Made by a program: the position numbers and the translations under genes
In this document: positions 19,285 to 28,115 of the stretch, piece by piece
How positions within the stretch are numbered: position 1 is the first letter of the stretch
How the letters are laid out: each line of letters starts with the position of its first letter
The notes under the pieces: generated by a model
The model's database searches: none
The model's input: the letters and a program-made list of their open reading frames with translations, nothing else
What the model was told of the DNA's origin: nothing
From: Fidelibacterota bacterium
GTDB taxonomy: Bacteria; Fidelibacterota; Marinisomatia; Marinisomatales; Marinisomataceae
Direction: 5' to 3'
DNA: 64,000 nt
Assembly (NCBI GenBank): GCA_038280095.1
Contig: JAYPYG010000003.1
Location: forward strand, 5,049 to 69,048

Positions 19285-20148
19285 ATGAAAAGAATCGTTA
19301 TTATGAACTGTATTACAATTTCTCTCATTGTGATTTTGTCATACATTTCTACACCAAATAATCAAATCCTTACTAATCATCATTTAATAACTGGATTTGG
19401 ATCAGTAATTGCATTTATGAGTGTTTTATGGATTGTGAGTTTACTTGTTAAAGATGCAAGCATTGTTGATATTTTTTGGGGGCCTGCGTTTATAGTTCTT
19501 GGGTCCTCGTTACTTGTATCAATGGACCAAGTTTACTCTGAAAGATCGTTGTTCATTCTATTCCTAGTATCACTATGGGCAATAAGACTGGCGTCACATA
19601 TTGGATTTAGAAACATTGGTCATGGTGAAGATTTTCGATATGTTGAATGGAGAAAAGAAAGCGGTAAAAACTATTGGTGGCATAGTTTCATAAGAGTTTT
19701 TCTACTTCAAGGAGGTTTATGTACCTTAGTAGGCGTATCAATTTACTTTGGGTATCTAAATGAAAAACCTTTATCATTCATTGAGACTATGTTTGCATCA
19801 ACAATATTTTTTATTGGTCTAGCTTGGGAGTCAATTAGTGATTTGCAATTAAAAGCTTTTAGAAAAGATCCCAAAAATAAAGGTAAAATTTGTAAAAGCG
19901 GATTATGGAAGTATTCAAGACATCCTAATTATTTTGGCGATCTTGTTGTTTGGATAAGCATTTTTACTTTTAGTATTTCTAGTGAAAATCTTTTATTTAT
20001 TGCAGGTTCATTTTTAAGTCCATTGATTATGGGGTCCATTTTTTATTATATTACGGGCCCTATTATGGATCAAGCAATGATGCAAAGTAGGCCAGATTAC
20101 AAAAGATATATGAAAAATAGTAATTCACTAATTCCAAAATTCAAATAA
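19285..20148 (+). CDS. DUF1295 / steroid-5-alpha-reductase-like membrane protein
   Basis: Polytopic membrane protein. The C-terminal GLWKYSRHPNYFGD motif is typical of the DUF1295/ICMT-like superfamily. Confidence 0.7.
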   Translation: MKRIVIMNCITISLIVILSYISTPNNQILTNHHLITGFGSVIAFMSVLWIVSLLVKDASIVDIFWGPAFIVLGSSLLVSMDQVYSERSLFILFLVSLWAIRLASHIGFRNIGHGEDFRYVEWRKESGKNYWWHSFIRVFLLQGGLCTLVGVSIYFGYLNEKPLSFIETMFASTIFFIGLAWESISDLQLKAFRKDPKNKGKICKSGLWKYSRHPNYFGDLVVWISIFTFSISSENLLFIAGSFLSPLIMGSIFYYITGPIMDQAMMQSRPDYKRYMKNSNSLIPKFK

Positions 20149-20160
20149 AAGAGGGAAAAA

Positions 20161-20607
20161 ATGTATAATAAGTTATTGTTAACACTTTCAATATTCGTAT
20201 TTATAGCATGTGGTGGTGGAGCTCCACAAGAAGCACAAGTTGTAAATATTGGATCTTTAGGTTCTGAAATGAAATATGATGTTGAAGAATTCACAGTTAA
20301 AGCAGGTTCGAAGGTTAAAATTGTTTTAAAAAATAATACTCCTTTAGAGTTTATGGGTGAAATGCAACACAATATTGTCATTTTCAAAGATGAATCTGCT
20401 GCTCCAGAAATCATCAAGCTAGCTGAAAGCTACTTTGGTGGTGATGCTCCAGATGATAATAGAATTCTTGCGAAATCTATATTAATAGATAAGCAAGAAG
20501 AAACTACTATTGAATTTGACGCGCCTAAAAAGCCAGGTAGATATTTGTACGTCTGTACATATATTGCCCATGCAGGTTCTATGCGTGGTTATATGATCGT
20601 AGAGTAA
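20161..20607 (+). CDS. azurin-like type-1 copper (cupredoxin) lipoprotein
   Basis: Lipobox VFIAC|GGG. N-terminal ligand region MGEMQHNIV (compare azurin MGHNWV). C-terminal CTYIAHAGSMRG has azurin spacing Cys-x4-His-x3-Met. Confidence 0.75.
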   Translation: MYNKLLLTLSIFVFIACGGGAPQEAQVVNIGSLGSEMKYDVEEFTVKAGSKVKIVLKNNTPLEFMGEMQHNIVIFKDESAAPEIIKLAESYFGGDAPDDNRILAKSILIDKQEETTIEFDAPKKPGRYLYVCTYIAHAGSMRGYMIVE

Positions 20608-20631
20608 TTCCTTTTTAGAGCATTAACACGC

Positions 20632-20689
20632 TTGGATGAATTTATAAATCTGCATATATTACGATTCTAATATTGAGATTATATCTCAA
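20632..20689 (+). promoter_or_regulatory. candidate promoter (TTGGAT-17-TATATT) followed by a 7-3-7 perfect palindrome TTGAGAT-tat-ATCTCAA
   Basis: Hexamers at 20632-20637 and 20655-20660, palindrome at 20673-20689, and RBS aaaggga before ATG 20701. The site lies in the 93-nt gap between the cupredoxin and FTR1 genes. Confidence 0.35.
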
Positions 20690-20700
20690 AAGGGAAAAAT

Positions 20701-21564
20701 ATGAGTGAATTTTTAATTATGTTTAGAGAAGTGCTTGAAGGAGTGCTTGTTGTAGGAATACTTTATACTTTTATCGTTAAAACAGGTAGAGAACATTTAA
20801 AGAAAAGTATAATTAATGGTGTTATTGCATCATTTGTGGCTACTGGAATCTTTGCTGTTATATTTCAAATTTTGTATGGAGGCTTCGAAGGAAAGCAGGC
20901 TGCTCTTTTTGAAGGGACAACCATGTTAATTGCTGCCTTTTTGCTTTCAACAATGATTATTTGGATGGGTAGAAATAAGAATGTTGCTGCAAGTTTAGAA
21001 AAAGAAGCTTCAGATATAATTGAAAAAGATAAGAATGTTTCTTTAGGTCTTTTTGCATTAACATTTTTTGCAATTTTCAGAGAAGGTGTTGAAGTAGTAC
21101 TTTTCATGTATGCTATTGTAATCCAATCAAATGGTCTTTCTATTGGTGGCTCAGTTTTAGGATCTATTGTTGCGCTAATGATTGGTTACGCAATCTTTGT
21201 ACAAGGTAAAAGAGTTCCTTTAAAACAGTTCTTTAATGTGACATCTATATTACTCATTTTTGTATGTGCTGGATTAGTTGCATATGGCGTTCATGAATTC
21301 GAAGAAGCATTTTATACTAAAGATGAAATGAAGCAAATGGAGATATGGAATGTTAATGACAAAGGTCCCGTTTTTGGATTTAATATCGATAATAATGGAA
21401 CTCCAAAACCACTATTGAGCGATAAAGGTGCAATAGGACAGTTGTTCAAAGGCTTTTTCGGATATAATGGTAACCCAACTTCTACAGAGCTGGTCAGTTG
21501 GCTACTTACTTTAACCCTTGTATCATTTCTTTGGAAAAGAGCATCTAATCCTAACAAGACATAA
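20701..21564 (+). CDS. FTR1/EfeU-family high-affinity iron permease
   Basis: Two REXXE motifs in TM helices (FREVLEG at the N-terminus, FREGVEVVLF mid-protein). 7-TM pattern, 287 aa. Confidence 0.85.
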   Translation: MSEFLIMFREVLEGVLVVGILYTFIVKTGREHLKKSIINGVIASFVATGIFAVIFQILYGGFEGKQAALFEGTTMLIAAFLLSTMIIWMGRNKNVAASLEKEASDIIEKDKNVSLGLFALTFFAIFREGVEVVLFMYAIVIQSNGLSIGGSVLGSIVALMIGYAIFVQGKRVPLKQFFNVTSILLIFVCAGLVAYGVHEFEEAFYTKDEMKQMEIWNVNDKGPVFGFNIDNNGTPKPLLSDKGAIGQLFKGFFGYNGNPTSTELVSWLLTLTLVSFLWKRASNPNKT

Positions 21565-22200
21565 TTAAGATTCATTAATGATATCTTTAAGCTCTGTAAT
21601 TATCATTGCAGTTGCTCCCCAACAAATACATTCATTGAAATGATAGGCGGGAACATTGATTTTAAAACCTGACTTATTGATTGGAGTGTTTAACACTAAA
21701 TTATTATCAATTAATTCATCGAGACTAACCTTATAAACCTGATCAACTTCGCTATCATTAATTTTAATTTGAGGATGAGTCTCTGAATACCATAAAAAAA
21801 CATGAATATTAAAATACGATACTGGTGTATAAAGACTAGAAAGTTGTCCAAGGCTTTTTAAGGTTGAAGAATCAATCCCAATTTCTTCTTTTGTCTCTCT
21901 AAGTGAAGCATTTTGTGCAGTTTCATTTTTATCAATAGCTCCCCCAGGTAAAGATACTTGGCCTTTATGATGCTCAACATTATCAGTTCTTTTTGTTAGC
22001 AAAAAAAATAATTGATTATTTTCTTCAAATAAAATGATGCTTACGCTAGCCTGCTTAGCATCTTTTGGAGGAATGAATGCTTTTTCTGTGATACTATTTA
22101 TTGGAATTACAGCCATTTTTTTATGACTCTTCCATCCAGGTAATTCAGAATTACTGCCAACTCTTTCCTTTATTAATGCAATTATTTTGTCTACTTTCAT
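21565..22200 (-). CDS. NUDIX hydrolase, CoA pyrophosphatase-like
   Basis: LLTKRTDNVEHHKGQVSLPGG followed by the Nudix box GGAIDKNETAQNASLRETKEEIGI. The start is either M8 (22200) or M1 (22221). Confidence 0.8.
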   Translation of the reverse strand: MKVDKIIALIKERVGSNSELPGWKSHKKMAVIPINSITEKAFIPPKDAKQASVSIILFEENNQLFFLLTKRTDNVEHHKGQVSLPGGAIDKNETAQNASLRETKEEIGIDSSTLKSLGQLSSLYTPVSYFNIHVFLWYSETHPQIKINDSEVDQVYKVSLDELIDNNLVLNTPINKSGFKINVPAYHFNECICWGATAMIITELKDIINES

Positions 22201-22849
22201 ATCCGTGAAATATAAGCACATAATTTGGGATTGGAATGGAACTTTGCTTAATGATTTAACCTTATGCGTTGATCTACTTAATGTATCTTTAGAAAAAAGA
22301 AAGCTTCCCGAAATGACTGAAGAAAAATATAGAAAGAAATTTCTTTTCCCAATTAAAACTTTCTATGAGTCTATTGGATTTGATTTTTCAAAAGAAGAGT
22401 TTACAATTGCTAACGACGAATTCCATCTAGGCTTTGAACAAAACTTTAAAAAACTAGCTTTACAACCTTATGCTCAAGATACCATTGCTCGTTTCCAGAA
22501 ATTGGGAGTAACACAAAGCATATTATCTGCAACAGTTCAAAGCCGACTTGAAGAGCAAGTAGATTTTTTTGGCATTACACATCTACTTGATAATGTTGTT
22601 GGCATAAGCAATACACCATCAGGCTATGGAAAAGAATTTGAAGGAAAGGAATTATTAAACAACACTGATATACCGCTTGAACAAACAATTATTGTTGGTG
22701 ATAGCATGCTAGACTTTACTGTTTCAACAGCACTTAGCATTGATTGTGCACTACTTTCCAATGGCCATAACAATTTAGAAAGACTTCAAGCCACAGGTTC
22801 AAAAACTTTTGCTAATATTCAATCGTTTTCAAATTGGATCTTAGATTGA
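22187..22849 (+). CDS. HAD-superfamily hydrolase (phosphoglycolate-phosphatase-like)
   Basis: Motif I is IIWDWNGTLLND (D-x-N instead of D-x-D). Motif IV is IIVGDSMLD. An alternative GTG start lies at 22205. Confidence 0.7.
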   Translation: MSTFISVKYKHIIWDWNGTLLNDLTLCVDLLNVSLEKRKLPEMTEEKYRKKFLFPIKTFYESIGFDFSKEEFTIANDEFHLGFEQNFKKLALQPYAQDTIARFQKLGVTQSILSATVQSRLEEQVDFFGITHLLDNVVGISNTPSGYGKEFEGKELLNNTDIPLEQTIIVGDSMLDFTVSTALSIDCALLSNGHNNLERLQATGSKTFANIQSFSNWILD

Positions 22850-22850
22850 C

Positions 22851-23603
22851 TTAGGTTGTTATCCCACCATCAACCGTAAAAATTGACCCTGTCACAAAAT
22901 CTGATGCTTCAGATGCAAGATAAAGCGCCATTCCCGATATATCATCTGGCGATCCCATTTTACCCTGTGGAATTGATTTAATAATTTTGTTATGTGTATC
23001 TTCGTTCTCCCATAACGCTTTACTGAAATCAGTTTTAATGAGCCCAGGAGCTAATGTATTGACATTAATATTGTATTCACCAAGCTCTTTAGCTAAGACT
23101 TTTGTAAGCATTACTACAGCAGCCTTACTTATGTTATAAACCCCTAAACCTTCGAGGGGTGTTTTAGCAGCTATGGAAGCTACATTAATAATTTTACCAG
23201 AATTATTATCAATCATCGTCTTACTACATGCTTTTGCAAAATTAAAATAGCCTTTGACATTAACATCAAAAATTTTATCCCAATGAGAATCTTCAGAATT
23301 CAAAATCGGTCCATAGTAAGGATTTGCCGCCGCGTTATTTACTAGAATATCGACTCCATTAAATTTTTCTAATGTATGATCTACAACGGATTGAATGGAT
23401 TCTTTATCGCTTGTATTGCATTCAATAGGAATCAGGTTGAGTCCATTTGATATTGCTTCATTAACCGCAGAATCAAGATTTTCTTTTTTTCTGCTGCAAA
23501 TCACAACATTTGCACCCGCTTGTGCAAGTTTCGTAGCAATAGCTTTACCTATTCCTTTTGATCCACCAGAAACTATTGCGTTTTTGTTGTTTAAATCGAG
23601 CAT
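22851..23603 (-). CDS. short-chain dehydrogenase/reductase (FabG-like)
   Basis: VSGGSKGIGKA cofactor motif, NNAA, and Y-x3-K (YNISKAA). 250 aa. Confidence 0.85.
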   Translation of the reverse strand: MLDLNNKNAIVSGGSKGIGKAIATKLAQAGANVVICSRKKENLDSAVNEAISNGLNLIPIECNTSDKESIQSVVDHTLEKFNGVDILVNNAAANPYYGPILNSEDSHWDKIFDVNVKGYFNFAKACSKTMIDNNSGKIINVASIAAKTPLEGLGVYNISKAAVVMLTKVLAKELGEYNINVNTLAPGLIKTDFSKALWENEDTHNKIIKSIPQGKMGSPDDISGMALYLASEASDFVTGSIFTVDGGITT

Positions 23604-24452
23604 TTATTTTTTCTTTCTACTTTCAGCCATTGCTTTCCACATTGATTCAGGCAATTTAGTTAAATCGGAAAATTCTCCTGCTCCTGCTATCCATTCTCCG
23701 CCATCAATAGTAACAACTTCTCCGTTAATGTATGCAGAACCATCGCTCATTAAATAAGATGCTAGATTTTCTAATTCATGTCTTTCCCCAAAACGTTTCA
23801 TGGGAATTTTATTCTTCATATCATCTTCAAAATCATCAAATCCTGGAGGCATTAATCTTGACCATGCTCCTTTTGTAGGAAAAGGTCCCGGTGCTATTGC
23901 ATTAAATCGAATATTATATTTACCCCACTCTACAGCTAATGATCTTGTCATTGCCAAAACACCAGCTTTTGCAGCTGCAGACGGTACCACAAAGGGTGAG
24001 CCAGTCCAAGCATATGTGGTTACAATACTTAGAATATTACCTTTTTTATTTTTGATCATTTCTTTCCCAAGCACACTTGTGCAATTCCATGTACCCATAA
24101 GCACGATGTCAATTACAGCTTTAAAAGCATTTTGACTAAGCATCTCAGTTGGAGAAATAAAATTACCAGCAGCATTATTCAACAGTGCATCAACTGTTCC
24201 AAATTTATCTAATGCCTGTTTTGACATAGTTTCAACATCTTCAATTTTTCGAACATCACCAGGGCAAGTTAACACATCGATATTTTTTTCTGAAAACTCG
24301 TGTGCTGCCTCTTCAAGTACTTCTTTTCTTCTTCCGCTAATGACTAAATTGGCACCAAGCTCACCAAATCTTCTTGCCATACTTTTGCCTAAACCAGAAC
24401 CACCTCCGGTAACAACAATAGTTTTGTTTTTTAATAAGTTGTCTTTAAACAT
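23604..24452 (-). CDS. short-chain dehydrogenase/reductase, 2,4-dienoyl-CoA-reductase-like
   Basis: VTGGGSGLGKS motif and NNAAGNF. Overall layout resembles DECR-type SDRs. Its stop abuts the start of the next SDR gene (0-nt gap). Confidence 0.75.
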   Translation of the reverse strand: MFKDNLLKNKTIVVTGGGSGLGKSMARRFGELGANLVISGRRKEVLEEAAHEFSEKNIDVLTCPGDVRKIEDVETMSKQALDKFGTVDALLNNAAGNFISPTEMLSQNAFKAVIDIVLMGTWNCTSVLGKEMIKNKKGNILSIVTTYAWTGSPFVVPSAAAKAGVLAMTRSLAVEWGKYNIRFNAIAPGPFPTKGAWSRLMPPGFDDFEDDMKNKIPMKRFGERHELENLASYLMSDGSAYINGEVVTIDGGEWIAGAGEFSDLTKLPESMWKAMAESRKKK

Positions 24453-24470
24453 ATTGTATTCTCCCCTTTA

Positions 24471-24782
24471 TTACTTTAATGCGTCTAAATTATTTTTTAT
24501 TGTCTCGGTTTTTTCTTTGAGTGGATCTAACACAGAATCCTCAATGACATCACCTATTTTTTCTTCACTATTTTCAAGCTGTGTCTTGATTTCATCCATG
24601 TTGGGCAAAGGTTGATTTGTGAAAAGTAAATAAGCACAGTACAAAATAAATAAGGTTACCCCAAGTGTAACAATTTTAAATAGTTTTTTAATTACACTAA
24701 AGGTTATCATAGTAATTAAAACTATTGCTACAGCAAGATAAGCAGGATTATCCGAAATGCTATTTAACAGATTTTCTAACAT
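24471..24782 (-). CDS. hypothetical small membrane protein (2 TM)
   Basis: 103-aa ORF with two hydrophobic helices and an acidic coiled C-terminus. No family recognised. Confidence 0.45.
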   Translation of the reverse strand: MLENLLNSISDNPAYLAVAIVLITMITFSVIKKLFKIVTLGVTLFILYCAYLLFTNQPLPNMDEIKTQLENSEEKIGDVIEDSVLDPLKEKTETIKNNLDALK

Positions 24783-24819
24783 TATATCAATTTATACATT
24801 ACATTTCTACTTTACAAAG

Positions 24820-27800
24820 ATGAAACATAAATCAACAAAAAACGTTAATAATAATGTGATTAAAAAAGTATGTGTTTTATTCTTTTTGCTAAATCTTGTT
24901 TTTGCTCAAGATAAAATTGAGCTGAAACAAGCTGATTCTTTATCATCCATTCAAACTAATAATGAAACCCTTACTTCATTAAAAGGTAACATTATTTTCA
25001 AAAAAGGGGATCAACTACTTTATGGTGACAGAGCTATACAGTCAAGTAACAATGACATAGTAAAACTTTACGATAATGTGAAAATTGAAGATGGAAATAA
25101 AACAATATTTTGCGATTCTTTATTCTTCGATACTGAAAAAGATAAAATAGAACTACTCGGACGAGTCAGTATAAATAACGGCAATCAAATAATTACTTCT
25201 ACCAAAGGAAGGTTGGATAATAAAAATGAAAAAATTACACTCTTAAGTAATTCAACTGTTGAGGATAAAAACCAAAAAATTGAGGGTGATTTAATTGAAA
25301 TTATTTTTGAAAAAAGTGAAATTATATCATTAGAAGTTTTAGAAAATGGTTCCATTTTTTCTAAAAACTTTGGGTATGAAAAAGATAATAATAACCAAAA
25401 TCAATCTATTGAAAATCAAGATATACTTACTGGTAATATTATTAGTATAAGTATGAAAGATAATCAAGTCGATGAAATTGAGCTTAAAGGAATGGCTTCA
25501 AGCTTTATACACCTATATGAAGATTCACTTTATCAAGGTACAAATGAAATTTCGGGCGATAAAATTGTCTTACAATTAAAAAATAATAATGCTACCGAAT
25601 TAGTATCTAATGGAGGTGTAATAGGTAAATTTATTCCTTCTTCTTCAAATTCATCAGGGCAGGAAAAAGTAGATTATAGTGGAGATAGAGTAGAATTTGA
25701 TACTAATTCAAGATCCTCAAAAATGTATGGGAATGCTAAGATCGTTCAAGTTGGAATGGATTTAACAGCTGCTCAAATAAATCTTGACTGGAAAAGCAAC
25801 ATTCTAGAAGCATTTAGCACTAATGCTTTTAATGAAGATGAAAATTTAGAACCTACTTTAATTGAAAATGGTCGCGAACCAGTTTCAGGAAAATCTATGG
25901 TTTATAATATTAAAAATAGAAAAGGGAAAGTAATTGCTGGTAAAACTAAAGTACAAAATAATACTTATATCGGCACACAAATTACTACTGTTTCCGATAG
26001 CACTTTTTACATTGATGATTGCATTTTCACGTCCTGCGATCCATCAAAATTTTATATTGGAAGTAAACAGGCAAAAATTATTTATGGAGATAAAATTATA
26101 CTAAAGCCATTAAACATCGTTGTCGGAGGTGTACCAATTTTTGGTATACCAAAAGCTATCTTTCCTCATTCCAATGAAGAAAGAAGGTCCGGTTGGATCA
26201 TGCCATCTTTCGGGTCATCAGATAATCGAGGAAACTACTTAGATGGGCTTGGATATTATTTTGCTCCAAATGATTATTTTGGTTCTGAAAATTCAATTAT
26301 TTTTGCTGATAGACAGGGCTTAATTCTTAAATCAAAAAACCAATACAAAAATCGTTACAAATTTAGCGGTGGATTCAACTTTGAAATTCGTAAATATTTG
26401 AGCTCCTCAGAACAGGATATTGCAAAACTAAATGAAAATAACAAGACAGATTTTTCTTTAAATTGGAATCATAATCAAATTCTTCGTAACGACCAAACAC
26501 TAAGATCGAATGTAAGCTATTACAGTAATGGTGAATACAATCGTGAGACAAGCATTGATCCAATCAAAAGATTAAATCAGCAAGCAATTTCTAATGCTAC
26601 ATACTCAAAAAGATGGAAAGATAAAAATATCTCAATGAGCGTCAATGTATCCAACAAACAAGACTTAATGTCCAAAAATAAGGTTAATAGCTCATCTTCT
26701 TTTTATCAAAATCCTACTAGTCTTTCTTCTTCAATCACAGAGAACACAAGCACGCTTCCTTCATTAAATTTTCGAGTTGGAAGAAGAAACTTATTTCGCA
26801 ATTCAAAAGAATCTTTTTTGAATAATATTCAATGGGATTTTAATTCAAGAATTTTAAATAATTCTAAAAACTATTATCGCTCTCAAGAGTTGATTGATGA
26901 AGAAGGAATGAGCAGCTTTCAATGGGAACAGGATGATGATGGAAATGCTATTACTTTTAATCAAAGTGATATGATGTTAAAAAATAAATTTAGCATTAAT
27001 GCTCCATTTACTGCTTTTAAGTATGTTGCAATAAACCCAAATATTAATATCAGTTCTGACTTTGTAAATAGATTTCAAGAAGCGTCCATTAATGAAGAAA
27101 ATGAAGTAGAATTGAATACGATTGACCGCTTTAAAAATAGGACTACCTCAAATTTGGCTTTATCAATATCTACCAAAGTGTACGGCATTCTACCATTTAA
27201 GGTGGGAAATTTTCAAGCTATAAGACATGTAATGACACCAAGGATTGGATTTTCATATTCCCCTAATTATCTCAAAAATGATAATTATTTTCAGGAATTT
27301 AATGATGAATACTATGATTATTTTTCTGGAACCCTTATAGGCTCTACTCCAAGAACAAGTAGTAAAAAAATTAACTTATCTCTTGGAAATGTATTTCAAG
27401 CAAAGAGAAGTATAAATAATGAAGAAGAAAAAATAGATCTTTTTTCTTTACGTATGAATACTGGGTATGATGTAAACAAAGAAGAATTCAAATTATCTAC
27501 TTTAAATTCTTCTTTAAGAAGCAGCTTAAAAAATGGAACAAATATTGATATGAATTTTACTCATGATTTTTATGAGTTTAACAAAGAAGAAAGTGTAAGA
27601 ATAAATGAACTCCGATCAGTTCCTAGGCTTACTGGTATCAGACTTTCAACAAATTTTACATTAAAGGGTAAAAAGAATGATATTCAAAATGATAATGAAT
27701 TATCAGAAGAAACAAAAAATTTCCTAAATGATTTTTCCTCGAATGTTTGGCAAAGCAGAATTGGAGTAAGTTATACATTAAACAAAATTAATCCGGACAA

Positions 27801-28080
27801 TAAAATTGAGAATTTTTGGCTTAATTCTAATACAAGTATAAATGTAACAAACAATTGGAAGTTAAATTATAATGCGAGATTTAATCTTATTGATAAAAAT
27901 ATAGTTCGACACAATTTGACACTTTATCGAGAAATTGATTGTTGGGAATTATTTGTTGATTGGACTCCTAATGGATATGCTAGAGGATTATATTTTAGAT
28001 TAAACTTAAAATCAGATATGCTTCAAGATCTAAAAGTTGAACAAAAAACAGGAATCTATACTACTAGACCAAGTTTTTAG
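24820..28080 (+). CDS. lptD: LptD/OstA-like LPS-assembly outer-membrane protein
   Basis: Starts at ATG 24820 with signal peptide ...LNLVFA|QDKIEL. Repeated OstA-N-like segments, the FTSCDPSKFYIGSKQAKII...VPIFGIPKAIFPH block typical of LptD, and a long beta-barrel C-terminus ending in F. Confidence 0.75.
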   Translation: MKHKSTKNVNNNVIKKVCVLFFLLNLVFAQDKIELKQADSLSSIQTNNETLTSLKGNIIFKKGDQLLYGDRAIQSSNNDIVKLYDNVKIEDGNKTIFCDSLFFDTEKDKIELLGRVSINNGNQIITSTKGRLDNKNEKITLLSNSTVEDKNQKIEGDLIEIIFEKSEIISLEVLENGSIFSKNFGYEKDNNNQNQSIENQDILTGNIISISMKDNQVDEIELKGMASSFIHLYEDSLYQGTNEISGDKIVLQLKNNNATELVSNGGVIGKFIPSSSNSSGQEKVDYSGDRVEFDTNSRSSKMYGNAKIVQVGMDLTAAQINLDWKSNILEAFSTNAFNEDENLEPTLIENGREPVSGKSMVYNIKNRKGKVIAGKTKVQNNTYIGTQITTVSDSTFYIDDCIFTSCDPSKFYIGSKQAKIIYGDKIILKPLNIVVGGVPIFGIPKAIFPHSNEERRSGWIMPSFGSSDNRGNYLDGLGYYFAPNDYFGSENSIIFADRQGLILKSKNQYKNRYKFSGGFNFEIRKYLSSSEQDIAKLNENNKTDFSLNWNHNQILRNDQTLRSNVSYYSNGEYNRETSIDPIKRLNQQAISNATYSKRWKDKNISMSVNVSNKQDLMSKNKVNSSSSFYQNPTSLSSSITENTSTLPSLNFRVGRRNLFRNSKESFLNNIQWDFNSRILNNSKNYYRSQELIDEEGMSSFQWEQDDDGNAITFNQSDMMLKNKFSINAPFTAFKYVAINPNINISSDFVNRFQEASINEENEVELNTIDRFKNRTTSNLALSISTKVYGILPFKVGNFQAIRHVMTPRIGFSYSPNYLKNDNYFQEFNDEYYDYFSGTLIGSTPRTSSKKINLSLGNVFQAKRSINNEEEKIDLFSLRMNTGYDVNKEEFKLSTLNSSLRSSLKNGTNIDMNFTHDFYEFNKEESVRINELRSVPRLTGIRLSTNFTLKGKKNDIQNDNELSEETKNFLNDFSSNVWQSRIGVSYTLNKINPDNKIENFWLNSNTSINVTNNWKLNYNARFNLIDKNIVRHNLTLYREIDCWELFVDWTPNGYARGLYFRLNLKSDMLQDLKVEQKTGIYTTRPSF

Positions 28081-28115
28081 GTGTTATTACTTAAAAAAAT
28101 TATTAAAGTTGTTTT

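Noticed and set aside
20655-20700. Classical Fur box upstream of the FTR1 permease
   Set aside because: The palindrome TTGAGATtatATCTCAA does not match the GATAATGATAATCATTATC consensus. I keep it only as a generic operator or hairpin candidate.
24757-24819. 21-codon extension of lptD overlapping the divergent small membrane protein gene
   Set aside because: ATG 24820 begins a basic n-region plus hydrophobic signal peptide ending VFA|QD, while the extension sequence is not signal-like.
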